NCBI GenBank assembly: GCA_028534125.1
Contig: CM052817.1
Span: 24,058,001 to 24,122,000 of the forward strand
DNA from: Lama glama
Taxonomy: Eukaryota
Reading direction: 5' to 3'
Length of the DNA stretch: 64,000 nucleotides
The notes beneath the pieces were generated by a model. That model made no database searches. It had not been told where the DNA came from and saw nothing but the letters and a program-made list of their open reading frames with translations. A program made the position numbers and the translations under genes. Below, piece after piece: positions 25,176-39,249 of the stretch. The number at the start of each line of letters is the position of its first letter. Within the stretch, counting starts at the first letter, position 1.

Positions 25176-25429
25176 TCCTAGGTCAATCCATCCAGCCTGG
25201 GAATATTCTGTTTAAAAAATAACATCTCCTTACAGACACTAGCTCAGATCTCATCAGACCATTCTTGTTCAGGAAACTCCACCCAAGTCTTTCAGACTGA
25301 GAAGACAAATATTCCAATTGAATATAAACAATATTCTTCCACAACTGCTTTGAGGTCAAGTTGTATGAAAGACTCCTTTTAAACCAATAATTTTTAGGAA
25401 GCATTTCTATATAGGATAATTTTCCATTC

Positions 25430-25725
25430 AGTTTTTTTCTGACTTCACTGATGAATTTTTGATGTATGTATATTTAAAGTCTGTAATTAGATGATTATAT
25501 ATACATACACAAAAAATGGAATAAAATGGAATGATTGCCAAGGTCAACATAATGAACACATCCATTACCTCACATAGTTAACTCCTTTTTTTCTTTTTTC
25601 CTTTTTTTTTTTTGTGGTGAGAATCCGTAAGATCTACTTTCAGCAACTTTCAAATATATAATATTACATTATTATTAACTGTAGTCACCATGCTGTATGT
25701 AATTCAATCCTCAGAACTTATCTCA
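25430..25725 (-). mobile_element. L1MA-type 3' terminal fragment
   Basis: acacatccattacctcacatagtta...gtggtgagaatccgtaagatctact...attattaactgtagtcaccatgctgta. Confidence 0.8.
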
Positions 25726-26863
25726 GTTTTAGACAAAGATGATAAAGGGAAAAGTATAGGAATATACTAAAAAGTTGGTTTAAGGATAAAAATCCATTAC
25801 CTATTTAATCATTCAAAGATAACAAATAAGTGGGTTCTCTGTGTTAATTCCTATGCAATACCTTCCTTCTATTTTAAAATTATGCATTCTTTTAATATAA
25901 TGCGATTTGGTTCACATAACAAGTTTCTATCCACTGTGATTCAATTAGGAGACTGGCATTTTTTTCCTTTAAAAATATTAATTGAGATAAATATGTTTTC
26001 AGGACAAAGATGACTTTCTCCAGGGTCTTTATTGAAAAGAAGTCACCCTGTTTTGTTGCCAAGGACACCAAAAATTGCTGGTTGACTGATTAGTCATTTC
26101 TTTTATAATGAAAAGAGACAGCACTGAGATTTCCTGGAAAAATGAATCAACATGAAGGGGATAGTGGTTTAAAGTCTTTCTGTTGAACCATTTAGAACAT
26201 GACAGAGACCAAACAAGATTACAGAGCAAAATGAAAATGATATAAAATGTGTTTAAAAGACTTCACATCATGCCTTTAACATAACTGAATCTACCATGGA
26301 AACAAGCACATGCCAATGAAGAGACTGAAGATCATCACGCTGTATAGAATTGGGTTATCCCTGTGTTGTTACAGGAACTAGGGCAAAGTGTCTCCCCTTT
26401 ATTTTTTAAATTAATGTATCTTTTGTTTCATTAACCAATAGGCATTGTGCACTTTTTGTTCACCTAAACTTAGAATTCAGAATATTATAAAGAATGACTC
26501 ATGACTTTGATGTAATAGAAGATGATGGAGCTTCTGGGACTCAAAAGTAAAATTCTCTTAGGCTATAATTTAACATTTTAGAAAAAGAAAAATTAATTAA
26601 TTTAGAACCACCATCCAAGAACTGTTATGTGTGCTATATCACCAGTCTTTGAAAGTTCAAACACAGGCAGAATGGGCCAAATGAAAGAAAGTCAATGAGA
26701 AAAGATAAAGGGATCCAATTATGTTACTGCTTAAGCAAAGTACAAAGAAGAAAACAAACTTTAGTCTAAACATATCTGCTATTGTTTAAATAGAGAAGCT
26801 TTCAGTCATATATTTTATTATTTTTAATTACAAAAATAATACTTCATATTAAAAAAAAAAGCA

Positions 26864-27272
26864 TATAATGGTCTTTTGTCGTATCCACTTGGCTAGGCTA
26901 CAGTCTTGAGTTATCACTCAAACACTAATCTAGGTGTTGCTTTGAAGGTATTTTGTGGATGTGATTAAAGTCCATAATCAGTTGACTTTAAGTGAAGGAG
27001 AGTATTCTAGATAATATGAGTAGGTTTGATTCAATCTGTTGAAAGGTCTTAAAAGCAGAGCTGAGGTTTCCCTGAAGATGAAATTTCACCTGCTGACCGC
27101 AACTTCAGCATCTGCCTGGGAGTTCCAGGTTGCTCTTTCTGACATCCTGTCCAACAGATTTTGTACCTGCCTTGTCAGTCCTGACAATCACATAAACCAA
27201 TTCCTTACAACAAGCGTATTATTATATTTCTCCTACTGGTTCTACTTCTTTTGTTGAACCCTGACTAATACA
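26864..27272 (+). mobile_element. MLT2D-like ERVL 5' LTR
   Basis: cacttggctaggctacagt...caaacactaatctaggtgttgc...ctcctactggttct..gaaccctgactaataca. Confidence 0.88.
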
Positions 27273-28720
27273 AATGACTGAAGTCAGAGGAACAGAATCT
27301 GAAGAATGAGTTTTCTGAATTAGTTCTGGGTTTTCTGTAATTGGTAGATTCAAGGCAATAATGACTCTATTTCCAGTAGTAAAGGGAGTAGGAATAATCC
27401 ATGACTTGGTGATATGAAAACCATTGCATTGGATACTCCTAATCAAGTATCTATAGAAGGCAAGTTTCTGGATAACCACATATTTGTTACTTTGGGATAT
27501 TTTAGTCAAACTAAATAGTATAATGAGATTGATTGGTTGCCCCTAACTGAGCTGTAAAATATGGAGGCAAAAAAAGATGAGCTCAGGGTTTCAAATTCTT
27601 AGTACAAACTCTGCAAAAATAATTTTAAAGCATCTTTATCTTTCCTAAAAGAAACTTTTGTCTATTGTAGTTGCAGGGCTAAGACTTCTAAAAGACAAAC
27701 CCAGAGTCTCATCCTGTATGTCACTGAATTATAATGCAAACTGTATTTCCAACCTCCCAGGGAGTCTTCTGTTAAACTAAGGGCACTGACTAGGAAGGAA
27801 TGAAATTCTAAAAACTGGTAGCTCCCAATAAAGCTGGGGATATTGAATCCCTAAATTCTGCCAAGTCTTCTTCACCAGGAAAATCAGCCCTTTTGTCTTT
27901 TCCTAAAGAGACCATAATGGCCTCCCAGAAGCAGTTCCTGACAAGGCACTACTGATTCTCCTCAGGGCAAATCCCCTACCACTCTTCTTTGATGCTAAAC
28001 CTGTCATTAGACTCAATTCACAGCAGGCTCTAAAGGCTGAGGTAGAGACTGTAATCTAAGAAGAGGCTCACTATACATCAAAAGAGCTGTATTTTTTTTT
28101 CAGTTCATATAAACAGAAATCTTGGGAATGTGGTGAGAATGGATCTTAAAGGTTTGGTATCGTAATAAGAAAATATACAATTGCAGCAGACTAACTTTAC
28201 TGACATGAGCCCAATTATGAGACAATCTGGATTCAAAGTTTTAGCTTGAGGGGTTGAAAAATACTCTAGTTGTTTGGTTAGTTAACTGAAACATGGACTC
28301 AAACATACACTACATTTAAGGAAATTGAAATGCCAAGACTGTCTTGGTATACTTTCAAAGGGAAGTGTCCAAAGGCTTAAGGAGATTGGAAAGTTAAAGT
28401 GTTTCTGTCATGTAAGATCTGCTTCCTCACCCTAGGAAGCTGCACCTTCCCCCGCAAGTGAATGAAATAAATTTGTGAGAGAGCCTCAGTGTCCCAGCAG
28501 AACTCTTGAACAGAACTGTGGAAGTATTTCTCTGTAGGTCAGAAATGGCAGTGGGAACCATCATATTGGGATCTGTAAATGTGATATAGATAAATGTAAT
28601 CCTGGGGTGGCAGGGGCCAAGTGGTGGCACTTAATCGCCAAAGACAAAGTGAGTGTGGTCACCACGAAGGACCATGGATGGACCCAGAGCAGTAACCAGA
28701 ATAGTCTGACTCGTAGAAAC
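27273..28720 (+). pseudogene. ERVL internal region, decayed gag remnant
   Basis: Directly follows the LTR. Degenerate motifs resemble ERVL gag WEWILRVW (gagaatggatcttaaaggtttgg), FIDMG, W..ETWTQ, EIEMP.L.WY and RL.EIG; many stops and frameshifts. Confidence 0.75.
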
Positions 28721-29833
28721 CAACAGCAAGTCTTGGATTTGGTCCCATTCCCCAGTGTTCTAAGTCCTCGTGCTCTTTTCTCTCCTGGTATAAATTATGC
28801 TATAATTATATCAATTCAATATAGGAACAAATTCATTTCTGTTATCAAATTATAGACATAGTGTCAGTCTTTTATGTAAGCATAAGGATGCCTCTTTTGA
28901 CTCTGAAAAGTAATATCTCAACAACACATTACTTATGTATCATTAACTCAAGAAGGCTGATCTCTCTTTTGATTTGTTAAATATTTTTTAAAAACCTTTA
29001 TTTAGTAACCAAAAGAGATTTCAAATTGTTTTGACTTAACAAAACTATAATAAATAAAATCCAAAGAGTATTTCACTTATAAACTCCTTTTTCCCTCCTT
29101 TTATGAATTAATATTTATGGTTGCCCAGTGGCCACCTGAGAAATACTAGTAGTAGTTAGGTTTAAAAGACATCACAACAATTTCATTGTTTTGAATATGG
29201 GGTGAGAATTAGGAAAGATACTATTAAAAAGCATTGTCAGAACATATTGCTCAAAAACACCAAAAATCTGTGATGGTGTCTCCATTAGTCACAATAACAT
29301 AATATTTAAAATAAATATGCAAAGTTTAAACGTAACATACATTGAAAATTCTAGTTCTTGGAGTGAAACATTCTTATTATTATATTTAAAACGAACTAGA
29401 AACATGGTAAAAGACAGCATGAAAGCACAAAATTAGACTCAAGAGAATTAAAAGTTTACATAAATAAGGAAAAATAAGCTTCGATTTTCTGAGTAAAATA
29501 TAAACATGCCAAACAATAATTCTTTTTTTCCTTTCATATGAAAAGCTAACTGAATACTCTAAGGCCACAGTTTTCATGTCCTTTCAGTTATCTCCTTTTT
29601 ATTACACTTAAGGCTTTTTTCTTTTGCTTTTTGATATGGCATGATATATTTAAACATAGAACAGTCATATTGCACAATGTTAGATGACAGTATTATTTAA
29701 AGTTTCTCTTTTTGGGGGGCTTTAAAATATAATTAAACTTATTTATATATGACAAAGTATTTATAAAAATAATTTTAGCATTTTGATTTAATCTTTATAA
29801 GATATAAATGCACAATATATATAGGTACTTATA

Positions 29834-30052
29834 CAGTTGATCCTTGAACAACTCAGGGGTTAGGAGCACAAACTCCCCACCCAGTCAAACATCCACACAT
29901 AACTTTGCAGTTGGCCTTCCCTATCTGAGGTTCTGTGACCACAGATTCCACCAACCATGGATCATGTTGCACTATAGCATGTACATAGAGAAAAAAATTC
30001 ACGTTTAAGTGGACCTGTTCAGTTCAAACTTATGTTGTTCAGGGGTCAACTC
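29834..30052. mobile_element. Tigger2-derived MITE (about 220 bp)
   Basis: TIRs cagttgatccttgaacaac / gttgttcaggggtcaactc, flanked by TA. Confidence 0.85.
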
Positions 30053-30065
30053 TATATGTGGGAAT

Positions 30066-30080
30066 ATTATATATATGTAT

Positions 30081-30113
<33 letters not shown>

Positions 30114-30117
30114 CACA
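30066..30117. repeat. (TA)n(CA)n microsatellite
   Basis: Read directly from the sequence. Confidence 0.95.
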
Positions 30118-31409
30118 AGATTATAAGTAAATACTATATGACAACCCTGTATATTTGTTCTCTTTGATTTAGGGAGACTGATTTCCATAGGAATTTTTTT
30201 TTTTACTAAAAAATTATTCACCAATGACTTTAAAACAGAGAGTAAATTAGAGTCATTCTTTAAAAAACAATTTGGTCACTGTTGATATTACAAAGTTCCA
30301 TAAAAACAAATCACTTTTCAAAATTGATGTAAATGTTTTGAGTTGAATAGCTCTCTAAATTCACATAATTTATAACAGTATCTGAAGTTGTGAGAAACAA
30401 TCTGTTTTATAAAAACTTTGGTTATTATAAATCACTTTGGTTAAAAACATGTTTTCCTTTTCATAATTGGAAATACTTATGACATAAGTGTTAGTTCATC
30501 TGACCAGTAAAGCCTGAATGAGAAGCTTAGAAATTTCTAATTATTTAGGCTTTTTATTAAAAAAAGTAACCAGATCTTGCATAAATTGAAATATTTTCTA
30601 ATATTGTTTTATATTTTATTATTTTTACATTCTGATAAAATCAGAGAGAAAGCATATTATCAATCAAGTATGATTTCAATAATTCATCCTGATTAAATAT
30701 ATATTACTTGTCCTCCTTTTTAGAGATATACAACGAGTACTGAAATTTGCTAAATCACTTAGAAGGAATGAATACCCCCATAGCCCATATTTTGAAACCT
30801 CAAAAAGTCATTAAATTAACTTAAATCAAAAAGCCAGTATTATTATAATAGCATAACATCCCCCCCCCCTTATATAACGAGCATATTTAAAATGTTAAAG
30901 AAATGTTTTTCCTTTGGAAACTGTGGATTTCTCGTATCTTAAATTTATATACGCCTTTAAAATCTCCATAAACCAATTAGTACAGGCGCATCTAAAAAAA
31001 AAAAAGAGAGATCTGAGAAGCTGATATATTACTTTTCACTCCTTTTATGTTAGATTTATCTGGGAGATATATTTCCAGAGTGCACACATGCCAGATTTTA
31101 TAAGCAACTGGAAAGGCAGACTAAAGTAAAATATAACCTTGTTCCCATTCTGTTCTAGAACTCTACAGAGCTGTAAAACTTGGTTAGATTTAAAACTTCT
31201 TCAACATGACCACTGAGATTCTAACTTATCTTTAGTGAAGTACTACCACTTAACCAATTAGACACAGGAATTGGGATTATAGTGTAAGAGCAATAAAAAA
31301 CAGTAGTCTTTTCAGGAGATGGTTGAGGTTTAGATATGGATAAACACATATAGACAAGGGAAGAAAGTACTATGATCAATTCTGTGCTTTAAACAAGCAG
31401 AGCTAGTTA

Positions 31410-31650
31410 ACACATGTGTAGTCTCCCCGTTACCAACATCCCCCACCAGGGTGGTACATTTACTACAATTGATGAAACTACACTGTCACATCATAATCAC
31501 CCAAAGTTTACATTAGGGTTCACTCTTGGTGTTGTACGTTCTATGGATTTGTAAAAAGGTAATAGAACATGTATCCATCATTACTGTATAATATAGAGTA
31601 TTTTCACTGCCCTGAAAATCCTTTGTGCACCACTTATTCTTCCCTCCCCA
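31410..31650 (-). mobile_element. L1MC-type 3' end fragment
   Basis: aacatcccccaccagggtggtacattt...cattagggttcactcttggtgttgtac...tttcactgccctgaaaatcc. Confidence 0.8.
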
Positions 31651-31839
31651 GAGGAGTCTTCTTAATTCTGGAATGATTGGATTAATTCTAAAAGTGCCAA
31701 AGTAGAAATTATGATATTAGCATTTTTTTCAGTATCAATTTGGTAAATATTAATTAGTGTGTTTCCAGTCTCAACCTTTTGGTCCTAGGATGAACCAAAA
31801 AACATTTTAGTACCTGTTCAGTCTGAAAGCAAGGTCTTG

Positions 31840-32370
31840 TTCCATAGTCACTATAACCAAAATGAATTTGTGATTTTTTTCCCTCTAATACTTGTTCCTT
31901 TACCATCCAAGTATTCATGGAAAAATCTCCTTCTTGTATTTCTTAGGTCAAAAACTTAGAGTTATTTTTGACTTTTCTCTTTTCCTCATACCAAACATTT
32001 CAATCCATCAGTGAAACCTCTCGGATTTACCTTAAAAATATTATTTATCCAACTATTTTCCTCCATTTTCATTGCTATCATCTTAGTCCAAGTCTTCATT
32101 ATATTATGCGTAAGTTATTACATTGGCTCCCTAAATGGGATCTCAGTTTGCAAACCACTTCCCCATCTATTCTAAGTACAGAAGATAGAATAGAGATAAT
32201 CTGGTTTAAAATTAATTAATTCATGCAAACCTGTTGCTTAAAATGATCTAGTGACTTTCTATTCCATTTAGAGTAAAAAACCTTAAAAGTAAGAACTCTT
32301 TAAAAATTTATAGGATTTAGTCCCAAATCTCTCTGTGGCCTCATTTCCTGCTATTCTGGGCTGAGCTTAC
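31840..32370 (+). mobile_element. L2 fragment
   Basis: aggtcaaaaacttagagttatttttgacttttctctttcctcataccaaacatttcaatccatcagt. Confidence 0.7.
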
Positions 32371-32499
32371 CCCCTCTGGTTGTTCAAGCCTGCTTACTGT
32401 TTTGGGGGTCTCCACGCTGGCTCCTGCCCCAGTCATGGCATAGGACCTTGCTTATTTTCTTTTCTCCCTTTTCCCCCAGTCCTCAAAGGGCCCATAAAA

Positions 32500-33820
32500 A
32501 TAATGAGCAAATAGAATTACGGACTCAGCACAAATGATTTCACTTTAAAAAAGAAGAGAGATAACAATCTTTAGAAAAACAGAAACTCTGAATATTCACC
32601 ATCAGGAGACCCTGACTAATGGAGAACCTGAGAAGGAAAATGATCCTGGACTGAAGGTCCGAGATGCAGGAAGGAATGGCGGGCAAGGGAAAGGGCAAAC
32701 ATGCACAGAAATCCAAATAAATACCAATTGTACAAAACAAGAGAATAAAATGTCTTTTGACATTTAGAGTATATAGAAAATTAAAATACCCAACATCTAT
32801 TTAATACTAGTTGGAAGAAGCTTAAAAGTAGTTGAAATAGTCAAATGGTATTGTATTATCTAGAAAGTGCTAAAAGAACAAATCTGTATAAGAAATTAGG
32901 GGAAATAACAGCAGAAAAACCCAAGGAAATTGTAAAGAAAAAGTAATAGATGGAAGAAAAGAAAAAATGAGAGAAGGTTCAAATAACTAGAATCAGAGTT
33001 TACAAAAAGGATATCCTATAGACCTTAAAATGCCAATAAATTTGAAAATTTAAATAACAATGGACAAATTCCTAGAAAAAAATAGTGTGTCAAAACTGAC
33101 AGAAGAAATAGAAAATACAAAAATTCCAGTACTATTAAGGAGGAAAATTATAGAAGAATCTCAACAGATGAAAAATAAACATTTGATTAAAGGCAGTATC
33201 TATTAATAGCAAAGAAAATAGAAAATCAGTAACACAAGGGAACTTCATTAATCTGGTAATGTTTACATTTAAAATATCTCTTTTCTATCCTTTTTGTCAC
33301 CTTGCCTCAGTATGGTTGTTTTCTTATGTCTATTTTCTGGTTCTCAGCCAAAATTTCAACTGTGTTTCACAGTCATTTAAACATAATTTTAAATATTCAA
33401 AAAATAGGTATAATTATTTTAAAGCCTATGCTTTGTAACTATGGCTCTTTTGCTATTGTTTTTTCTTTTGATTGTCAATTCATGACCTGTCTCTTGAATA
33501 TAAAACAAAATTGAGATAACTGTTGGGATTTTCACGACATTATCTTACTTCAGAAAGGATTTCTTTTTTTCTGATATGTGGCCAGGTTGGAGACCCCAGC
33601 CTAACCCAATCAAAGTTTGAGACTGAGAACTGGACTTTACTCTTTGTGAGGACTAGCATATTTCTAGTTTATTTTTGCTTTCTAAGTATAGTCTTTCTCA
33701 GTGATTTTTAAATTCAGAGTCTTGGCAGATCTTCAGTGCATTGGAACAAACTTTAAAAAATATCGTTTAGTTTTTCCTGTTGTTCTCAGCAGGAGGATTT
33801 ATCCTAATTCCCACTGTGAC
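32500..33820. mobile_element. Old L1M/L1ME fragments in both orientations
   Basis: A-rich plus-strand part (aatggacaaattcctagaaaa..caaaactgac, ORF2-like) switches to T-rich sequence at about 33270. Confidence 0.5.
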
Positions 33821-34239
33821 ATTAGCTAAGCCCAACTCTCATTACATTTATTATTAAGTGTAATGTGTGTATTTGAAACATAAATTTCAAATTTATAGTA
33901 ATGATACAAAGTCCCCATTAAAATAAATTTAGTGAGTACAATGTGAGTCCATCTAAATACAAATATCCAGTAAATAGTATGTATAAAAGTTCAGTAAATA
34001 TGGCAAAGAATATGCCAATGACTGAAGTCTGGGAAAGACAAAAATGAAGTCATCTATATTAAATAAATAGTACAAGGCCTTCCAAGTTCTTGGTACTCAG
34101 AGATGTCTGCCTCTCTTAACATTCTGTCATCCTCATTGGTAGGCTCTCTGTTCATAGACTCAGTTTCCACAAACCTGCTTAGATCCTTATTTCTGCTTAG
34201 ATCCTTATTCCCAAGTCCCTCTGTGGTTACAGTTTTTCT

Positions 34240-34800
34240 TTTACTCTTTCAGCAAACATTTATTTAGAATCCACTGTGTATCAGCATGTTTGTAAAATAT
34301 TGGTGATCTGATCTCAGGGAGCTCACAGCCTGCCTGATAAGATAGAAAAATGAGCAAATTGCATTCATGGTGTAAGAGCAACAACAGAACCATGGACCCA
34401 AAACAGAAGAAGCACAGTACTGGTGTGAGGAACTTTCCCTTGGGATGGGAAGTTATGAAAAGTTTTTTGGGGAATCTGGGGCTTAATAAATTAATAATAA
34501 TCTGCTAGGTATGGCAGAAGGAAGGTGAAGAGGATCCATTGAGAGCTGGAGAGTGGATTCTTGGGAGAGCAAAGTGCCTGAGTTTATGCAAAGAGACATG
34601 AAGCATCATGGTCTGGGTGGGTAACTAGAAAGAGTCAACTGTTGCTGACATAATAATTGAGAAGAGGGAGCAGCAGGAGAATCTGGTTAGAGAGGAACAC
34701 ATGAGGGAGACCCTGAAGGAAAAGAGGTCTGATGATCCTCTATAGTCACAAGAGAACCCTTGATGCAGTTTAAGCAGAGCAGTGACACCATCATATTGGT
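34240..34800 (-). mobile_element. L2 fragment
   Basis: ttcagcaaacatttatttagaatccactgtgtatcag...ctcagggagctcacagcc...tttaagcagagcagtgacacca. Confidence 0.65.
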
Positions 34801-37800
34801 GCTTATCCAAGGTCATGTTAGTGAAGCAAGAAAAGATGATTTGGGTATCAGGGTGAGGACTGGGGCCTACACTATAGGGCCACTGCACAACAAAGTCTGC
34901 CATGGAATTATAAGACTTATTTTTCAATGAAGTCATATCTTTGATCAGAGTTACAACAATCACCAATTCTATTAATACTTCAACGTGTATAGTTCTTGTT
35001 CTTACCAACATTTTGGGAGATACATTTATAGGACAAGAAATCAGAGTTCTATATTGATGGCTATAATTAATACTTCATGGAATGAACATTTAAAACACGT
35101 ATTAAACTTCTGTTTAGAGCAAAAAGTTCTTAGAATTGTTTTTTTATAATAGAACACAAAACAACTCAGTTTACTGGATGGAATTATTCCTAAATCCAAC
35201 AGGTAGAATGCGCATTCAAAGTAAAGCTTTTCTGAGTATCTACTGAAGCTGCAGGGAAGGGAAGGGAGGAGAAACTCCCAGCTACGGCACAGCGTGCCTG
35301 TCTGTAATGCAGTGCTGGCAAATCAACATGAGAATTCTTGACACTCATTTTTGCTAAACATCATCAATATCAGCACAGACCTGGGACCCAATGTGCTGAA
35401 TATCATTTTGTTTCAACCTCTATATAATAATTATAAATTAACTAGGAAGAGGGAGTAGAAAAGAGATAAGTAAAAGATAAGAATTTGTTTTTTCATACTA
35501 TTGTAATGAAAAAAATCTTTACCTGCTTCTCAATTCTCACCACATATATTTAAAGCTAACCAACTATTCATAATTTTGATAAAATGATGTTTTAAAACAC
35601 TCTCTCACAGAAGATGTACTCTGAATTCTCGTTAAATAACTAGGCCTCCTTTCCTTCATGAATAAAATCTGAATAAATTTAATTAGTACTGAGAGAATTC
35701 TAGCTCAAAATTGTTGTTATTTCTGTTTACTTCAATGACAATGGACTATGAAAAGGGACATAGAAGTACTAATTTTCTAAAAAATATATGTACAATTTTT
35801 ATTATTAGAAATAATATTAAACTACCAACTAAGAACTTAATTAATCTTTAATGCATTCATGCTAATCTGGGTTTTGAATTTTCTTTAAGAATATCTTTTT
35901 TAAAAAAAATCAAAATACTTTCTAATGAAGACGTAAGTAAATATATTAAGATTGGCAAGCTTTTGAAAAATGTACTAGGAAACTGCAGTTTTAATTTAGT
36001 CTTATATTATTCTTTTAAGTATTTCAAATAGTGTCACCAAAAGGAATACCGAAGAACATTAAGTACTGATGGCTACCGAAAAGGTATTATTTAGGCTCAT
36101 TACCTTTCATCTATTTCTAGGGCTCTGAAATATCTGTTTTTAAACATTCTGTCTACTTCTAAAGCCATTTTCTGTAGAAAGGCTATGCCAGCTTCCTCAC
36201 TTTGCTGTATTAGACATCCCATCTATCCACACTATTTTGTAAGGGTCAAGAAGACAGTTCATCAGCTTTGTTTTAGGATACCTCTGCTAGCAGCGAATGC
36301 TGGGTCAGACTGGACCAGTTAGGAGGCACTGCCTATGACCAGAGAAGAGTTTATGTACCTCAACCTGGGCAGCAAAGTGAAATAGGTCTGGATTCAAAGG
36401 ACATTTGCAAGTTTCAGAAGTACAATCAATGGAACTGGATTATTGGATGTGGGCTGTGAAGACAAGAAGCACGAATGTTGCCTTTAGATTTTTAGCTTAT
36501 ATGACTGCACAATCAGAGCTCTGTTAGTTCAAAAAATATTTATTTATCTTCTATTTTGTGCCAAGAGCTTAGCTAAGCATTAGGGATATACGATAAACAA
36601 AATGATGCTGTCCGTATTTTCTGCTTGCATCTACCAATGTCGTCATCAAATAAAATAAGAAGCTGATAAATCATAATTATTTTGTTGACATAATAAATTG
36701 GGCAGCTTTCATCAGAAATCTTGATGAATCTCAAGGTACCAGGTATGGAAATAAATGGAACCAAACTGTAAGAGGTAGTAATGATTGCTTCTTTCCACAT
36801 GGGGGCACTTTTAAACTCAGAAACTTTTAGTTCTCTGCCCTTGTCCAAGCCTCATATGCTCTTAAGAGCAGAATGATTGTGGATGTTTGTGTTAATCCTT
36901 AGTATTTTTTAATGTCTTCTTTTTGAGAAAAACAAACAATGAGCATCTTTTCTTTGAAATCATTGCCAGAAATGATATCTTTTGAAAACACAGCCTCTTT
37001 CTTCTCCATTTTTCTTCCTATGATTCTAAAAGTCTATACAAAGAAGCAAACTTGGCATGTGTTCAGTTTTTTCCTTTTCCATTTGCTCCTCAATTATTGA
37101 GAAAATTTAGACAGGTAACTGAGAGCTGGCATTCACATAAGAGCTTGAATTTCCCCCGTGACCTAAAATGCTTGTAGTCAGTAGACAGCTTTTGAGGAAA
37201 ATGTGCACAATTTGAGTGCTTTCTTGACAATTGCAAAGAATTCTCTAATCTTGAATTCTGACTTTGATAAAGGAAGACTATCCTTAGACTCTGGCAAAAT
37301 AATGGGCTGTTTCTTAAAAAGAAATGTGTCATTAAATAGTAGCTTTTCATTAAATGTGTTTATATACTCATTTCTAGTCATAATGTGAAGGAAAAAAATT
37401 TATCACCTACCTTATTGATATAAAAAATTTCATCATCTTATCTTTCTATTAATATTTTGCAGGGGTTTTTTTTCACCATATGTGATATGAAATTCTTTCT
37501 TACTGGAAATTGATATACAATTACTTGCAGAAATATCTACTGTGATTTCTACAGTTTTGTAATCTAGTCTGTAATTTTTTTATATTTATACATATATATG
37601 TTAAATATAAATATATTTATTTGTTAAATATATTTATATTTATATATATACCTATATTTGTTAAATATACATTTTTCTGAGAGTTAGTTATACCCCATCC
37701 CTTTTTTCTTCTGAATGGAGGTAGAACAGAAAAAAAATAGGATAATTTTTATTTAAATTGAGGTTCTGACATGTGTCTTCTTCAGAGTTTTGAGTGAATT

Positions 37801-38525
37801 GTACAAGTTAAGAAAAGTGATTTATCAAGTTTAGAAAATGAAATTAATCTACTAAACCTAGACTCTAAAATTCTGTGATTTAATTATTTTTATTTAATTT
37901 ATTAGAAATGAGTGAGAAAGTTTCTTAAACATATCTGTCCCAATCTAACCATATGCTTTTTCAATTGAATAGTCTTCTATACTTTTATTCTAAGAATGTA
38001 ATACTGTCCAAAGCACGCTTGGCACTCTTTTGGAACATCTTCAAAGACTAGAGAGAATTATTTTGGAAATCTGCAGCTACAGAAAGTCTCAGAGAATGAA
38101 CTGAACTTTTGGAAGGCATCACATTTCTTCAGAGTTAAATATGCCAAACAGGGTATATGAGATCATCCATATCTAATTCACTGTCCCACTTTTCTCTATC
38201 CCCATGCTATTTTCATTTTTATTGGTTTTTATTATATTTTATCATGTTTTATCATGACACTATATACGTAAATTATTTTTAACATTTAATCTAGCATCTC
38301 TACTTCCCTACTAGATGGTAAACACACTGAAGTCAAGGACCATCATCCTGATTTATCAGAAATTTCCTGGAGCTTGCCAAAACTTTCTTGATGTTCAGAT
38401 GCATCAGGTAGTTTTTTGATTTTATGTAATTTAGAAAATACAGTTGGAGACTTGCATTCATCTGGACTGATAGCCTCCATGTATGAAGTACAACTATCAA
38501 TATGGGATCTCCGATCCATTGCTAC

Positions 38526-39012
38526 TGTGAACGAAAAATACTGCAAACCATATCAGTAAACAAAACTGCTGACACCATCAGGCCATCAGCGGCTGCCGCC
38601 TTGCCCCAGGGAAGACAAGCCTGCAGCCCAGCCTCTGCAGCCACTCACAATGGTGCCTCCTGAGGGGACTCAGAATAAGAAAAGACAGGATACTGGCCCT
38701 AGATAGCTAGATGCTTGTCAAAGGAATGAATTCAATGAGCCCAAATGTTTGGTTCCTCCCATACATACAAAAGTGCTAAATTCTTTAACTTAAGATGTCT
38801 GGTTTTCTTTAGTTAACAAGTAATCTTTTAATGTTCCAACTACCTGGTCTTTGTTGTAAAGCTCTGAAATATCCTAGCTCCTCCCCCACCTCTTCGGAGC
38901 AGTCCCTCAGAGTGATCTGAGAGGCTGTCATCCTAGACTGAGCCCTCAGAATTGTCCACCGAATAAAACATAACTCTCAACTTTTAAGGTTTTGCATTTA
39001 TTTCAGTTGACC
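38526..39012 (+). mobile_element. ERV1-class solo LTR (artiodactyl-type)
   Basis: tgtgaacgaaaa start; cttcggagcagtccctcagagtgatctgagaggctgtc; gaataaaacataactctcaactttta; ends tttcagttgac. Confidence 0.8.
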
Positions 39013-39249
39013 CCATCATCCTGAAACTTCCTTTGCTTCTCAGATATATCCCCTCATTTCCATATCTTCTGTCTTCCACTTACTCAATTTCCTCCTTCAT
39101 TTTGGTAGAAGCTTCCCAAGAAAGGGTACATGGGAGGTAAATTTTTCTAGAACATGCATGTCTTAAAAATGTCTATACTGTGTCTTCAGGATGTTTAAGG
39201 TTTCTCTCTGGTTTCTGTTTGCCTTGCTTTGCATAAAACCATTAAAAAT

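Noticed and set aside
37585..37672. AT-only tgttaaatata repeats resembling forkhead sites
   Set aside because: Low-complexity AT minisatellite; such motif matches are expected by chance
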